The notes beneath the pieces are model-generated. The model saw nothing but the letters and a program-made list of their open reading frames with translations, did no database searches and was not told the origin of the DNA. 64,000 bases of DNA from contig MCFE01000458.1 of NCBI GenBank assembly GCA_002104905.1, positions 1 to 64,000 on the forward strand, given 5' to 3'. Source of the stretch: Basidiobolus meristosporus CBS 931.73. Its lineage: Eukaryota > Fungi > Basidiobolomycota. Every line of letters starts with the position of its first letter. The first letter of the stretch is position 1. Below, in pieces: positions 62,317-64,000 of this stretch. Position numbers and translations under genes: made by a program.

Positions 62317-63243
62317 AGATGCTAATGGCCACTAGATCGCCAGAAATGATAACCTAGAGCGGTTATGGCAAACTTTTTGATGGCACAAACTAAATTGACT
62401 AGGTCGCGTAACAATGAATCACATCATTAATTAGCCCTAAAACCCTAATTCAATTGCAGCAGGATAAGAGTTTAAACTTTTAATAAAGAAATCTGGGCTC
62501 CCATTTCTCCAGGAACGCAGACGTAGGAAGTTGACGGCCAGTCTAAAACAAAAGCACAATCATGAGATTTGAGCTTGTATTTCTTGCGGAGCTTGAGTGG
62601 CCACTGCCTGAGGGTGTGATACATACGCTTAGGGTCAACTCAATGATATTGCTGAAAGGTATTCAGGCTAATAATGCCACCACCTACACATACCTGGCTC
62701 CCGAGAAGAAGATTGCAATATTCACCCTATTCTACAGATGAGACTTCTCAGCTTAACTTCAGTTAGGGAAAGCTGATCCGTATGGCGGGAAGTCACGTAC
62801 TCGACAAACAAACAGGACGGCGCAGGCTTTTCGCCAAGTTTTCAGTTATTTCCCTTATAAGTGGAGTATCAGCATATCCAGTACTTTGTGATGGAGCGCA
62901 AAAAAAACATCAGCCCTATATTTGACACTGAAATCCCAGGTACCTGAAGACAATTTAGGCACCATAGGTGATACAAATTTCTCGGTATACTTATTATTTA
63001 CAAGCACAAAGATGCACTCATCAAACATGCTAGTCAGAATTACAGTCCTGGTGTTGAAAACAACTAATTCAGCCGACTAGCACTTCCAGTATACCTCTTT
63101 AGCACCAACCGGCCCCGGTGCTACGAACCGAGATACCTAAGCACAGGACATGCCAGCGATTGAAAAGGTGCTTCTATGAAATAGAACGGTTGTGCCACTT
63201 GGAGCTCACCATATCTATGCCGAAATCAGAAAAATAAAATACA

Positions 63244-63316
63244 TGCCGTCTCTGCGGATCGAACGCAGGACCTTCAGAACTTCAGTCTGACGCTCTCCCA
63301 ACTGAGCTAAGACGGC
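63244..63316 (-). tRNA. tRNA-Phe(GAA)
   Basis: GCCGTCT/AGACGGC acceptor, TCAGA-CTGAAGT-TCTGA arm, TTCGATC T-loop, 73 nt, no intron. Confidence 0.95.
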
Positions 63317-63713
63317 GAGGATACATTACAGAAAGGACTAGCCTACCAACGACCTTCCACATACTACTATATCACCACAAGCTCAATACTTAGTTCTCAC
63401 ACTTTCTCAACGGAACCGTCAAACTTGAAGGATAGATCAGCCTACGCACTAGATGTCGTATACAAGGAGATGCCTAGCTTCTACACGGATAGCTTTTGTA
63501 TGTCATATTAATTTAACTATCCCAAGTAGCCGAGTGCCCGGAGGGTTCATTTTTACCGGGAAAAGGGCGTTACCATTGGATATTGCGTTCGAAATCAAAC
63601 GTACATATGATAATCCAATATCTATCTACTCCAAGTAATACTCGTTTGAGTGGTGAGCATAAAGTATTCCTCAGGATGGATAGATTTCCCAGAAACAGCT
63701 TTGGAAGCAAATA

Positions 63714-63787
63714 GCTCTTGTGGCGCAATTGGCTAGCGCGTCTGACTGTTAATCAGGAGGTTGGTGGTTCAAGCCCACCCAGGAGCG
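63714..63787 (+). tRNA. tRNA-Asn(GTT)
   Basis: GCTCTTG/CAGGAGC acceptor, CT-GTT-AA loop, TTCAAGC T-loop, followed by a T-run. Confidence 0.95.
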
Positions 63788-63979
63788 ATTGTTTTTGCCT
63801 AGCTACCTTAATGCTAGAGGCATTATACTTTTGGTCAGTTTTAACAACAACAATTGCGCTACCTCTTTTTGCCAGGTCAAGGCCAACCGACTCCTCTTGC
63901 TTCCCATTGGGGAAGCTCCATGCACGCACTAATTTGTGAAAAGCGCAAGAAGTGTAGAGCCTCGAAGGAAATAAAAAAG

Positions 63980-64000
63980 TCCGAACACCCGGATTTGAAC
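63980..64000 (-). tRNA. 3' end of a tRNA cut by the window edge, isotype unknown
   Basis: Minus strand GTTCAAATCCGGGTGTTCGGA followed by CTTTTTT (Pol III terminator). Confidence 0.75.

Noticed and set aside
1-64000. CRISPR array, rRNA, telomeric tract or prokaryotic HGT island
   Set aside because: No regularly spaced repeats, rRNA motifs, telomere arrays or operon-like intronless genes were seen.

Overview
Fungal genomic DNA (short GT-AG introns with CTAAC-type branch points; an early-diverging lineage is plausible but unproven). About three quarters of the window (1-42.3 kb and 47-55.5 kb) is a nested, CpG-depleted transposon graveyard. It contains: (i) a Ty3/Gypsy element with a near-intact gag-pol plus relics and a solo LTR; (ii) many copies of a CMC/EnSpm-like (Tnp2-type) DNA transposon with CCCTATGAAAAAT termini, a transposase and a divergent second ORF; (iii) a 3.4-kb PHIS (PIF/Harbinger-like) element with ANT target duplications and an open transposase ORF, plus derivatives; (iv) four copies of one Ty1/Copia family, two nested in each other; (v) a 1071-bp solo LTR found twice at GCGC-type sites. 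The CpG-retaining islands hold a GPI-anchored Ser/Thr-rich cell-wall gene, a spliced hypothetical gene, a 9-exon DHHC palmitoyltransferase (Pfa3-like) and a loose tRNA cluster (Ser, Phe, Asn, one partial). I found no clear new biological system. The most interesting candidates are the reconstructable transposon families and their uncharacterised second ORFs, the GCGC-targeting LTR, and the sharp CpG-decay boundaries. Identities and counts are by eye, and relic boundaries are approximate.
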